Assembly (NCBI GenBank): GCA_000002445.1
Contig: CM000208.1
Location: forward strand, 1,088,001-1,152,000
Reading direction: 5' to 3'
Origin: Trypanosoma brucei
Lineage: Eukaryota
Length of the DNA: 64,000 nucleotides
Positions 44,324 through 55,013 of the stretch are shown here, piece after piece (position 1 is the first letter of the stretch; each line of letters starts with the position of its first letter). Below the pieces are notes generated by a model, which saw only the letters and a program-made list of their open reading frames with translations, made no database searches and was not told where the DNA came from. A program made the translations under genes and the position numbers.

Positions 44324-45493
44324 CTACTTTTTATTCAGAGGTCCAATAAGCCACCGGGGGTTCGCGGCGTTTGAAACGTTGCAGACAGTACTAAATTTTA
44401 CGTACTTACGAGAGCCCCACACGGTGTGGATTTCAGTAGTATAACGTTCCAACAAGTATTTGTACGCTTCCCGTTGGGTGGAAGAGTCCCGTAGTGCCCT
44501 ATACCAACTCGTCTCGTTGATGAATTGGAGCATCTTTTCGCTTCGAGCGGCGGGTGGGCCTGGGAAGTGCAAGATCATGCCATTTTTAACCGGCACCCCG
44601 GACGGATAGTGAAAATATCGTGTCTCGTAATCGAGAGACATTATTCCCCTTCGAAGCAACAACTTTCGATTCGCATGTTTTGGCCTGGTAACACTCCATA
44701 TAAACACCATTGTCCACATGCTCTGGTCGCACCACCACTTGAAACTCCGTCGTTTCAGAGCGAAGAAAACCTCCAAAGCTTCCTTTAGTGCCCACACTCT
44801 GGCTATCATCCCTCCTCCATTAAGGTGTGATTCCCCCGAGGGAGTTTCCCTCAAAAGAGCTTGCGTTCCCTCTTTAATGGAAACCGCGAGTGCTCCCTCA
44901 TAGAGGTTCATACACATATCCCTCGGTTTAACCTTCCGAGTGTCTACACCCGTCATGATATACGTTTGTGGGGCATGGCAATTCTTTTCAGCGGCGAATA
45001 ATAACGGTGGTGCCATTTTCCCATGAAGAGTGTCTTCCTCGCTAAACAACTCTCGCGTGCTCGGTGTTGTGTTCATAAAATACTCGATTGCTTCTTCTCT
45101 TCTCGCTGCTTCTGAGAAGAACGTATCGCCGCCGTCAAATATCACCATCACATCATTATCCTGCATCCTCTTCCACAACATATACTTTCGAATCCACGCC
45201 CACCTCCATGCATGCACATAAACCGCACCTGCGCCCACCGTCGCAACTCTCACATTTGTAAGAACAGAACTCAGAAGCATTCGACACCACCCTGGGGAAG
45301 GTTTCGTTTGCACCACAACATAATACACTCCTGGCGAATGGTCATTTAAACTACTATTTTTCACCCACCGCTTGGCCTCCCTCTTCCTGAAATCCATTAC
45401 CCCCATAAACATTAACACAATCAACAGCATTACCGCCGCCATGACATATAATCTTTTTCTCGCATCTCCCCCAACCCAGGGCCCCTTTAACAT
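44324..45493 (-). CDS. Type-II membrane glycosyltransferase-like protein (short cytoplasmic tail, one TM anchor, ~340-aa lumenal domain with a DGGD acidic motif)
   Basis: The listed ORF 44324..45703 begins with a 70-aa F-rich translation of the pyrimidine tract. The first plausible ATG is at 45493 (MLKGPWVGGDARKRLYVMAAVMLLIVLMFMGVM...). The architecture and the VMVIFDGGDTFF motif resemble the trypanosomatid UDP-sugar glycosyltransferase family. Assignment is by architecture only. Confidence 0.55.
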   Translation of the reverse strand: MLKGPWVGGDARKRLYVMAAVMLLIVLMFMGVMDFRKREAKRWVKNSSLNDHSPGVYYVVVQTKPSPGWCRMLLSSVLTNVRVATVGAGAVYVHAWRWAWIRKYMLWKRMQDNDVMVIFDGGDTFFSEAARREEAIEYFMNTTPSTRELFSEEDTLHGKMAPPLLFAAEKNCHAPQTYIMTGVDTRKVKPRDMCMNLYEGALAVSIKEGTQALLRETPSGESHLNGGGMIARVWALKEALEVFFALKRRSFKWWCDQSMWTMVFIWSVTRPKHANRKLLLRRGIMSLDYETRYFHYPSGVPVKNGMILHFPGPPAARSEKMLQFINETSWYRALRDSSTQREAYKYLLERYTTEIHTVWGSRKYVKFSTVCNVSNAANPRWLIGPLNKK

Positions 45494-45910
45494 AAACCAA
45501 CCTTTCTCAGAAAAATGAAAAGAAAAAAAGAATACAGAAAAAGATTTTACAACAAAACAAAAAGGCATAAATAAGCAATATCCATACAGTCTCGATTCAT
45601 TGGAGGAGAATATGAGATAAGTGACAAACATGCCTCCACCGCAATATGGAACCACAACAACAAAAAAAAAAAACATCACCCGTTTAGTATATATAAACCA
45701 CAAAAAGAAATTATAGCCGCCTCCAGGGCAGCGTGTACGTATATTACGCTATAAATTGTAATGGAAATATATTTATTTAAAATAACGTTTGAGGATATGC
45801 GCTTTTGTATTCCACCGGAGAAGCGGATGCATACATATACGCATACACATATATACACTATGGTATACACAAAATAAAATAGCAAATTCGAATAAGAATA
45901 AAATAGTTGT

Positions 45911-46651
45911 TTACGCTAAAAGAAAAAAAGGGATGAGAAACATTGCTTTACCAGCATTTGAAGAAAAGTGGCATGTGTTGGTGACCGGTGCAGGTCGCGG
46001 TGACTCCGTGGGACCGGGTGCCTCATTTGATGCATTTGTGGTTCCTTTTTTACCAACTTGAGTCTCTTCTCCATCTTTTCCCTTTCCCTTTCCATTTCCA
46101 TTTCCATTTTCTCCTTCTCCTTCTCTTTCTTTTTCCTCTTCCTTTCCTTTCCCACCAGATCCGCTTTGAACTTTACCACTTTCCGCTTTATCGTTTTTAC
46201 TGTCACTTCTTCCCCCTCCAGCACCATTTGTTGTACTCTTTTGTTTTTCATTGGTTGCGGGTTTACACACATCCACACCCCAGTTTGCATTGGCGTGTCC
46301 GACACCGTGCGGATTTACGTTCCCTCCTCCACCGGGAAAAGCTTGCGTCAATGCACCGATGTCACAAGTGTAGTTTCGGTGATCTCCCGGATACGGAATT
46401 TCTATTATACAGAAGGGACTCCGCTCATTACTGACTTGTTGGGCCGCATGGAATCGACAGTTTGTCCGGACATATTTACACAAACCGGCGATGCCCGCGG
46501 GCCCTTTATCCTCCTGCATAGTTTTGACATCAGGACAGGGAGGCGGTCCCAATGGTGGGTCCACTTCTCCCATTGGATATTGGACCACATTTCCTCTTCC
46601 AAATAATACCGACAGTTCAATTAACACAAGCAACACTTTCAGGTTATTCAT
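45911..46651 (-). CDS. Putative GPI-anchored cell-surface protein, copy 1. It has a signal peptide, a ~90-aa six-cysteine domain, a G/K/E/N-rich low-complexity stalk and a C-terminal hydrophobic GPI signal
   Basis: The true ATG is at 46651 (MNNLKVLLVLIELSVLFGRG...); the ORF track starts at a TTG at 46657. The protein ends ...CHFSSNAGKAMFLIPFFLLA, a small-residue omega site followed by a hydrophobic tail. Spurious overlapping ORFs in other frames come from the low-complexity stalk. Confidence 0.65.
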   Translation of the reverse strand: MNNLKVLLVLIELSVLFGRGNVVQYPMGEVDPPLGPPPCPDVKTMQEDKGPAGIAGLCKYVRTNCRFHAAQQVSNERSPFCIIEIPYPGDHRNYTCDIGALTQAFPGGGGNVNPHGVGHANANWGVDVCKPATNEKQKSTTNGAGGGRSDSKNDKAESGKVQSGSGGKGKEEEKEREGEGENGNGNGKGKGKDGEETQVGKKGTTNASNEAPGPTESPRPAPVTNTCHFSSNAGKAMFLIPFFLLA

Positions 46652-47052
46652 TTCCAAACTTCCTGAAAACCAAAGTCACATTTTAAAAAAAAAAACACCA
46701 TTGGAATATTTTCATTCATACAACACAAGCCCTCACATTAAAACATCATTCACAGCAGTATGCTTTTAAAAATAGTGCATTGGGTTGAAAACACTACACT
46801 TTGAAGAACAAAAAACATCACCCGTTTAGTATATATAAACCACAAAAAGAAATTATAGCCGCCTCCAGGGCAGCGTGTACGTATATTACGCTATAAATTG
46901 TAATGGAAATATATTTATTTAAAATAACGTTTGAGGATATGCGCTTTTGTATTCCACCGGAGAAGCGGATGCATACATATACGCATACACATATATACAC
47001 TATGGTATACACAAAATAAAATAGCAAATTCGAATAAGAATAAAATAGTTGT

Positions 47053-47772
47053 TTACGCTAAAAGAAAAAAAGGGATGAGAAACATTGCTTTACCAGCATT
47101 TGAAGAAAAGTGGCATGTGTTGGTGACCGGTGCAGGTCGCGGTGACTCCGTGGGACCGGGTGCCTCATTTGATGCATTTGTGGTTCCTTTTTTACCAACT
47201 TGAGCCTCTTCTCCATCTTTTCCCTTTCCCTTTCCATTTCCATTTTCTCCTTCTCTTTCTTTTTCCTCTTCCTTTCCTTTCCCACCAGATCCGCTTTGAA
47301 CTTTACCACTTTCCGCTTTATCGTTTTTACTCTCACTTCTTCCCCCTCCAGCACCATTTGTTGCACTCTTTTGTTTTTCATTGGTTGCGGGTTTACACAC
47401 ATCCACACCCCAGTTTGCATTGGCGTATTCGACACCTGTCGGGTCGCGGTCGTCGCCGGCAGGAAAAGCTTGCGTCAACTCACGTGTGTTGCATGTGTAG
47501 TCACGTTTATCTCCCGGATACGGAATTTCTATTATGCAGAAGGGACTTGGTTCATCCGTCATTTTTTCGTTTGCGCCGACCCGACATTTGGTTTTCACGA
47601 AATTGCACACATTTATGACACCATCGGGCCCCTTGCTCGCTTCCCACACGTAAGCGGGGGGACAGTGACCCGGTCCCAATGGTGGTCCTTCCACGGGATC
47701 TTGGGCCAAATTTCCTCTTCCAAATAATACCGACAGTTCAATAAAAACGAGCAACACTTTTATGCTATTCAT
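47053..47772 (-). CDS. Putative GPI-anchored cell-surface protein, copy 2. It is a paralogue of copy 1 with a diverged N-terminal cysteine domain
   Basis: ATG at 47772 (MNSIKVLLVFIELSVLFGRG...). The C-terminal ~130 aa are virtually identical to copy 1. The N-terminal ~110 aa are ~60% identical with cysteine positions conserved. Confidence 0.65.
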   Translation of the reverse strand: MNSIKVLLVFIELSVLFGRGNLAQDPVEGPPLGPGHCPPAYVWEASKGPDGVINVCNFVKTKCRVGANEKMTDEPSPFCIIEIPYPGDKRDYTCNTRELTQAFPAGDDRDPTGVEYANANWGVDVCKPATNEKQKSATNGAGGGRSESKNDKAESGKVQSGSGGKGKEEEKEREGENGNGKGKGKDGEEAQVGKKGTTNASNEAPGPTESPRPAPVTNTCHFSSNAGKAMFLIPFFLLA

Positions 47773-49029
47773 TTCCAAACTTCCTGAAAACCAAAGTCAC
47801 ATTTTTAAAAAAAAAACACCATTGGAATATTTTCATTCATACAACACAAGCCCTCATATCAAAATACCATTCACAACAGTATGATTTAAAAATAGTGCAT
47901 TGAGTTGAAAACACTACATCATGCATAGCAGCGTGTCCACCGAATAACCCAATCCCACAATCACCATTGATTACACGTGGGAGACACCCACTAACAAGTG
48001 TGGTTATTTAACCTTTTTTTTTAAAAAAAAAGACGTTGTCATAAGTAAAAAAAAAACAGAAACACAAAGGCACACACACACACGTATTTATTTATTTATG
48101 TACGGGGAAGTAACTTTTATTTCATGTGGGCAGTATTAAAAAGACGACAAAATTGCGTAAAGAGGAGAGGCAGGAAAAGGAATTATGACAAGAATACAGA
48201 CACATGCATCTCCAACAAAATGTTATTGCAGCCGAGGGGCTCAGACATGTTTTAGGGGAAATACATAAAACACGGGCCCTTCTCTATGGCCAATGATTCA
48301 GAGGAAAAAGAAACAAAAAAAACAAAAAGAAACAACATATGCAAATCAACGAGCAGAACTGGAGGACAAAACAAATGACAGAGAGTACTTCAACTTCTTT
48401 TTCATTAATCCCCCCCCTTCCGTCCCGCACGAGTGGGATAAAAGTAACAAACAACTCGGCAACCAAAGTTTTTTTTTTAAAAAAAAAAGACTTCGTTTAA
48501 CAGAAACAAAAAAAACAAACAAAAACACACAATTATCTGTTAGAGGAATGGTCACGTAACCAATAAAACAATGCACTCATCCGAGACGAAGGATTTAACA
48601 AGCTGACAAATAAACGATACATAAAACCTCACGCAGCCTTTTGTTTAGCAAAAAGCCGAGTCGCAACAGGGCTCTATTAATTCGTTTTCATTATTGAGGT
48701 GACATGATAGTGAGACAATATCCATATAAGGATGGAAAGACACACAAGCACACACAAAAAAACAAACAAGGAAAGTTAATTACTTCTATTATGAAAGTAG
48801 AGTGCCCGGTATATCGCAGTTCTAACAACGATAGTGCTGTGAATTTCATGTAAACAGTTGGGAGTTAAACAACTCTGTGCAACATCATTGTGAGTTAAAG
48901 ACATACGCACATATTCTGTATTATCCATCCTCATCATTCTGCTACTTTCCAGTCATCTCTCCATCTCTATATATTTCTTTTTTTTTCTTATCTTATGGGA
49001 TAAGAGACATCTGGTTCCATATTAATACA

Positions 49030-49521
49030 TCAAAGTGGAATGTTGTGTAGATTTGGGCATTTGTGTGTGTCCGTTACTTCTGAGGAAATGGCATTTGTGT
49101 GATATCGCAATTTTAAATTCCACAGCACTTCACGTGTCGTTTCCTTGCGCTTAAGCGAATGGAGAAGAACTTCCACCTCCAGGTGTCCTTCATTTTCTCT
49201 TCCCACCACTGCGTAACTAAATTGGCCGCGCCATTTTCTCCTAATCAAATCATCTTTGAAGAATTTCATGAAGAGATTTCCCACACGATCGATCTCGCTG
49301 TGAGTTTGTGGGACTTTACACTTCTCTACCCATATTTCTTTTCGTGTTTCTGCCGGACTCCCAATAATATGATGAACAAATAAAGCCCATTCATCCTTTA
49401 GTGTGGCGGCTACGGGATTTCTTTTTATCATTTCCTCTAATTCGCTACAATCCGCCTCTGACATGTTTGGGGCGGGTGTTTCCCGCCTAAACTTTTTCAT
49501 AAACTTGCCGAAGAAACTCAT
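49030..49521 (-). CDS. Hypothetical protein (about 163 aa)
   Basis: The ORF track starts at a TTG at 49545. The first ATG is at 49521 (MSFFGKFMKKFRRETPAPNMSEADCSELEEM...). No recognised domain. Positioned between the spacer and the duplicated genes. Confidence 0.4.
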   Translation of the reverse strand: MSFFGKFMKKFRRETPAPNMSEADCSELEEMIKRNPVAATLKDEWALFVHHIIGSPAETRKEIWVEKCKVPQTHSEIDRVGNLFMKFFKDDLIRRKWRGQFSYAVVGRENEGHLEVEVLLHSLKRKETTREVLWNLKLRYHTNAISSEVTDTHKCPNLHNIPL

Positions 49522-49545
49522 TAAAGGAAAGGAAAAACAAAACAA

Positions 49546-51088
49546 AACAAGTTCACAAGCTGCTACGGAAATCTTCGCAAAAGAAAAGAAAAGAAAAAAA
49601 GGGAAAAAATGTACTGCGTGAAGAAGAAGAAGGAAAGAAAGAAGATAAGGAATATAAGGAATATAAGAAAAGCGTAGAATGAAGCAGAGACTTCCCCATC
49701 TTATCCATCATATATATATATATATATGAACAAGCGCTCATAACCCCACATTAAATAAACAAATTTGCATACACACTCGAACATGTGCAAACGACAAGAA
49801 AAAAGGGGGGAAAAAACTACCCTCATCTCAACGCCAAGACTGCCGGTACTCCTTGTTTTTTCTTTTGCTGTTGTTGTTACTGTTGTTTCTTTTCTTTTAA
49901 GATAACAGAATAAACACCGGCTCAAGCCACAACCGTCCATACAATAATCACTTTATCTCTTTCTCTCCCTCCTTGCTTCAAGCAAATCTTGCCGCCACCA
50001 CATGGGAAAGAGAAAGAAAGAGACACAGAGAGAAAGGGTGAGTTGGAAAACAAAAGAAAGAAAGAAAGAAAGCAGAAAAAAGAGGAAAAAAATAAATAAA
50101 TAATAGTGATATTAATAACGAACAAGTAAGCACATGAAAGGATGAAAGACAGGTGTTAAATACACATATAACAGCCCGTGCTCATGTGCAAACAAAACAC
50201 AAACAAAAGGAAGGAAAAGAAAAAGAAAAAAAAGAAAAAAAAGAGGGGGGGACGCACAAATGTAAGTAAGCAAAGCGAATAGTGAAAATGCCGACTCGCA
50301 CAAACCAGCGGTGGACGCCCTCACGCAAAAGCCACACGCATCAATACCAACAGTGGGGAAGGGGAAAAAAAAAACAAACAAAAGAGAAAAGAAAAAACAA
50401 AAAAAAACAAAAACGAGATCACCCCTCAGCCAAACCGCAAAGCGGAAAAGTAAAAAAAAAAAGGTGGGGAGTAATATGTTAATTCTGATAAAAACAAAAA
50501 CAAAGCACACGCAAAATAGATGCACTACGCAGAGGTCAAATAATGAAGTATCATTTAACAGATACGACAAAGATAAACAACCAAACAAAAAAGATAACAA
50601 TAACAATAGTAATAGTAAGGAAAATAACATAACACAAGTAAACCGCAAAAAAAAAAACGCCAAAAGAAAGCAAAAAAAAAAAGTACAGCAAGGAATGTGT
50701 GTAAAAGTACGGTAATCGACCAAAACCAGCGGTCCACCGTGTTGCTCCACACGCATATTTTGCCAACCGCCCACCTCCATCATCACCGCCTCCTCTCCAA
50801 TGAGGAAAAAAAAAAAAAGAAAAAAAAACAAAAAAAAAACTACCCTCCTTCCCCTCTTTGTTTTTTTTTGTTTTGGATCATCCCCTGCATTAGCCACAAT
50901 TGCTGTGCGTTTGTGTATGTGTGTGGGTAAATGAATATTTACAGAATTATTATTATTATTACTACTTTCCCCCACATACCACTATTGCAAAGAAACAAAA
51001 AAAAAAAAGAAAACTGTAACAAAAACGCAGTGTACGCATACATGTTACACAAGTATAAATGTATATATGCGTGTGCGTAGGAAGAACT

Positions 51089-51120
<32 letters not shown>

Positions 51121-52443
51121 TATTATTTCCTCAAGAATTTTGTCTTCTTCTTCTTTTAGATAATCAAAGACATTACAACAGTGATGAAGCACGTTGTGAG
51201 CATATTTCATGCAGGGGACGGGATGAGGTAAGGAGGAGTTAAAAGAAAGAAAGGAAAGAAAGAAAAAAAAAAGAAAGGGAGAGGAAAGATAAAAGAAGCA
51301 AGCAAAGCAGGAAGCAGGAAGCAAAGAAAAAGAAAGAAAGCAAGAAAAAAGCAAGAAAAGTTGCGCAAAGGTCAGGTACATGGTGACTTAACCAGACTTC
51401 GATTTGGGGTGGAGGAGGAGAAAAAAAAAACAGATGGAGAATCGGAGGGGTGAGAAGAGTTTTTTTCTTTTTTTTTCTTCCTTTGTCGTTGATGTTGGTG
51501 TCGCGGTGTCGAGGTGGAGGGAGGGCGCCGGGGGGAGAGGGAGACAGAGAGAGGATTTTTTTTTTAAAAAGGGAAGGAACGTTAGGCGCTGTGGCTGCCG
51601 GATCCCCCTTTATTACGTTTGTTCTTTTTTTTTTCTTTTTTGTTTCCCTCTTTTTTCTCATTCTTACCTTCCTTCCACGCAGCATCTCCTTTCGTTTCGG
51701 TCTCACACGTACCTCTTTACTTCCTTCTCGTTAAACTCCTTTTTCTTTTTCTTCCTTTTTTTTTATTTTCTCTAAGATGCTCCAGCATCATGGTAGCAGA
51801 ACCGACAATGATACTGGCTGATGTTGCGGGAAAGAAAAGAGAAGATAAGAAACAAGGGGGTACCCCAGTTGTTCTTTTCTTCCTTTGCTTTATTAGTTTC
51901 ATTTGTTTTTTTTAGTTTTTATCTTAATTTTGCGCCGCCGTTGTTGCTGTTGCCACACACCTCCCTCCGCTCCCCTACCTCCATTTCACCGAGTCAATAC
52001 AGTTTTGAACAGGCATACACATACAACAAAAAAAAACAATCAACGCCACTGTTTTGATTTTTTTTCTTTTTACACAGTAACGATGTGCTGCACAGCTCTT
52101 TTCGCCTTGCAGCACCACGTACACATACGCATTACATCGCAAATTTCCCTCGTTACAACGTGTTTAACGAAAATTTTCCTTCTTTCACTAAGAAAGCAAA
52201 CAAACAAACAAACAAGCCCTTGCCCAAGTTTTATTTCATTAGAAACAGTTTTTCTCTAACGCCTAACTTTCGCAGTCTTGACTTCCCTCATTTCCGCACC
52301 TGTTTGCTCCCATCCCCATCCCCATCGCCATTCCCATTCCTTTCATCCTTTTTCTTCCTCTTTTGTATGTGTTTTCCTCTTCCTCATTCGTCAGTCCATT
52401 TCTTCCTGTTGTCGTAACCCCTTTTCTCTCCATGAGCCTCCCA
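49546..52443. repeat. About 2.9 kb low-complexity intergenic spacer. The plus strand is purine-rich (GAAA/GA/A-run) from 49.55 to 51.4 kb, then pyrimidine-rich from 51.6 to 52.44 kb. Microsatellites are embedded
   Basis: Read directly: (gaaa)n around 50055..50077, (TA)13 at 51089..51115, (TA)8 at 49711..49727, a (tta)n variant at 50947..50965 and long A/T runs. The listed ORFs here (for example 50112..50975, F/L-rich) are translations of this low-complexity DNA. Confidence 0.85.
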
Positions 52444-54162
52444 CTATGTTCCTTTCTTGCTTTCCGGATGATGCAGTAACGTAAAACCTTGCTGTGGGTC
52501 CCATATGTTACCTCCCTTCATAATATCCATTGGAAACTGCTGTTGTGGATAACCCTGCGGCAGACCAATGAGTGTCTGTTGTCCCGGAAGCATTAAAGGC
52601 ATGTATTGAGTGGGAGTCATGATGGGAACCGCTTCTTTTGCTACACCCGGAAGCGACAAGGCAGGTCCACCAAACTCATCCGTTCCAACAATCGTTGGAA
52701 TACCAGCCATACCGGGGAGTATGTGAGTACCAATGAAACCCTCATGCATTCCCTTCTCCATTACTTGCGGTGCAGGTTGGGCCCATCGTTTCTTATTCTT
52801 TTGATTGCCGTTCTTTCGAGCCAGCTCACGCTGCTGGCGCACCAGTTTTGATTCCACCTTCACACCATGGGGAGAGTTCTTAAGCATCCTTTGCAGTGGC
52901 ATAATGGAGTCCCGCAGCTGAGTGAACTGCTTCTCCTCGGTAGAAGTCACTATCGCTGTTTGGATAACGTAGTTTGCAAAACTATCCGTCAAGAGCTTCG
53001 GCAGGATCTGCGGATCGGTCAGCTCATCCACAAGAAGCTGCCGCACATCTGGTGTCGCACTCTTCAGGCACTTTTCAATAACGTTGCTGCAAAACTTATT
53101 GCATGAAAGTGCCGCCACGTTGTGGAGCATTTGCCTTATTATCCGGTTTGTGTAATCAGCCCCCTCGCTGCCTGTACTTGACCGCTGCGAGAGCTCCTGC
53201 TCATGATCCAAAATGAATTGAATCACATAGTTTCCAAACGGATCGTGAACGAGTTTGATGGTATCGTGGACGATTGTGTCCATCAATGTTGAGAAGTATG
53301 GCTCTGGCGCCCACTGAAGGCATTTCTGAATGACGCAACATCCGTGTCGGTTCCCGCACACATCCACGCAGCTTTCAGGGAATTTGCCGTAGAGCAGCTG
53401 GTGTATATGCGCCAGCTTTGACGAAGAATCGTCACCCGCAGCACCACTTTCCCACAGCGGGGTGCCTCGAGCCGCCGCCAGCAGTCGCGAAACCGCGTGG
53501 TTACCGTCGATGTCTTTGCAAAGTTCGATAATACACTCCGAGAAGCACTGTGCGCTGAACTCGACCTCCTCCAAACTTTTCAAGGAGTCAAAAACCTTTT
53601 GCATCGCCCTACTTCCATTGGTATCACAGCAGATCTGAGGTATTTTGTCCTTCAGTACCTCAAGAAGCAAAAGAAACTCAGACAGATCGCTTTCTGAAGC
53701 CGCTATGTAGTCTGTGGAGTACAGTACAGGGGCGACTTTGCCTCCACTCTTCAACATCCCGAGGGCATGTTGGATCAACTCACTCCCGTTGGCATCGACC
53801 ATCAGCTCACCCGACCTGGCAATCATCGCGTGTACGAACGTGTTGCGAGACAGGTGTTTTTTCCTATTGACTTCGTCATCACTTGTGCACTCCTTCAGCG
53901 CTTTCAATGCATCGACGTACCGGATCGCTTCCCGCAAACCGTTGGCGTCCCGCATGCAAAAATCCAACAGGTAACTCTCCCGGTCATCATCTCCACCGAA
54001 TTTTACTACCAGTTCCTCGACCCTCCTAGTTTCATTGTTATTTGACTTCTCGTTTATTTGTTGTTCAGCAGTTCTTATCTCGTTGTTAACCTCGCTCAAC
54101 TGCTTTAAGATGTTCTGGCGCCGTAAGTAAAGAGTTGTGATGGTTTCCTCATCCGACGACAT
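52444..54162 (-). CDS. Pumilio/PUF-family RNA-binding protein (572 aa)
   Basis: ATG verified at 54162. PUF repeat cores are present: DPFGNYVIQFILDH, DSFANYVIQTAI, HGCCVIQKCLQ, DGNHAVSRLL and SNVIEKCL. The N-terminus carries a short coiled-coil segment. Confidence 0.9.
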   Translation of the reverse strand: MSSDEETITTLYLRRQNILKQLSEVNNEIRTAEQQINEKSNNNETRRVEELVVKFGGDDDRESYLLDFCMRDANGLREAIRYVDALKALKECTSDDEVNRKKHLSRNTFVHAMIARSGELMVDANGSELIQHALGMLKSGGKVAPVLYSTDYIAASESDLSEFLLLLEVLKDKIPQICCDTNGSRAMQKVFDSLKSLEEVEFSAQCFSECIIELCKDIDGNHAVSRLLAAARGTPLWESGAAGDDSSSKLAHIHQLLYGKFPESCVDVCGNRHGCCVIQKCLQWAPEPYFSTLMDTIVHDTIKLVHDPFGNYVIQFILDHEQELSQRSSTGSEGADYTNRIIRQMLHNVAALSCNKFCSNVIEKCLKSATPDVRQLLVDELTDPQILPKLLTDSFANYVIQTAIVTSTEEKQFTQLRDSIMPLQRMLKNSPHGVKVESKLVRQQRELARKNGNQKNKKRWAQPAPQVMEKGMHEGFIGTHILPGMAGIPTIVGTDEFGGPALSLPGVAKEAVPIMTPTQYMPLMLPGQQTLIGLPQGYPQQQFPMDIMKGGNIWDPQQGFTLLHHPESKKGT

Positions 54163-55013
54163 AGCTTTGGTCCTCTTCTTTTTTCGCTTATGTTACTTCT
54201 CCCCCAACGTTCCACTTGCCCTCGTTCTTTCTTTGTTGTCCCTTTCCTCCCTATTATTCACCCTTTCCCCTTCTTCGAAGGACAGAAGACACCCACAAAA
54301 GTGACTTAGCGGTTTCTCTCCTGTGATTTTTTTCTTCGTGCTATTTGAGCCGTTTCTCTTCTCTTCACTTCCTACTCACTCTCCCCCACCTTCGCACGTT
54401 TGTTTGTGTGTGTGCCCGCGTATGTCACCAATGAGTGGCACATTCAAGGGTTACAAGAACATCATGAAAGAAGCAAGGAGGGAGACCGAGAAACAATAGC
54501 AACATAGGATTATGCTGACATATGAAAGATTGCCAAACGTACAGATACAAATTTCGCTTACGTGCGATCGACTGGCCGACTGGTTGAAGCGAAAGCTGAG
54601 TAATACATCCTGGAATTGCGCGATAGGCCACGCAGTTTCCTATCAAGCGCAACCCATCATTACGCAGCGAAAAAACGCAAAGGAAATGTACAAACCCACC
54701 CCACCCTCAGCCGATCCTTGCACAAATGTGAAAGATAGTGCGTGAAAGGGCGGGAAGTAAAAACAGTTTCCACACAGGAAGAAGAGAAGGGTCATATCCA
54801 CACACCGCATGCTGAGACAGCTATAAAAAGAAAAATGACCATAAACATAACGGTACACACCCGTAAGAGCGGTACCCGCGCAGAGGTGCACAACGGTGGA
54901 TACACCCAGTAAGCAAAGAAAAGGACAGGAAGAAGGTGAAGGCAGCGCACATGATTGAGTAACAAGAATTAACCTTGAAAAAAAAACGGGTGCTGATAAT
55001 GTAACCAATGCAC

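Larger units (their letters stand above)
45664..47920. repeat. Tandem duplication, 2 x ~1142 bp, each unit containing one surface-protein gene plus its flanks
   Basis: Identical text is read at offset 1142 (for example aaacatcacccgtttagtatatataaaccac at 45671 and 46813). Identical spurious ORFs occur at 45676..45885 and 46818..47027. Similarity ends near 47920. The flanks are near-identical, while the N-terminal domain coding part is diverged. Confidence 0.9.

Noticed and set aside
45916-46606. Overlapping ORFs in other frames across the duplicated surface genes (45916..46305, 45988..46434, 46058..46606 and their copies in unit 2)
   Set aside because: They arise from the low-complexity GGA/AAG/GAA stalk-coding DNA. 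Only the frame with signal peptide, cysteine domain and GPI tail is coherent.
50112-50975. A 287-aa ORF, and neighbouring 60-155 aa ORFs, in the 49.5-52.4 kb spacer
   Set aside because: They are Phe/Leu/Lys-homopolymer-like translations of poly-pyrimidine and poly-purine DNA. They are not protein-like, and overlapping ORFs occur in several frames.
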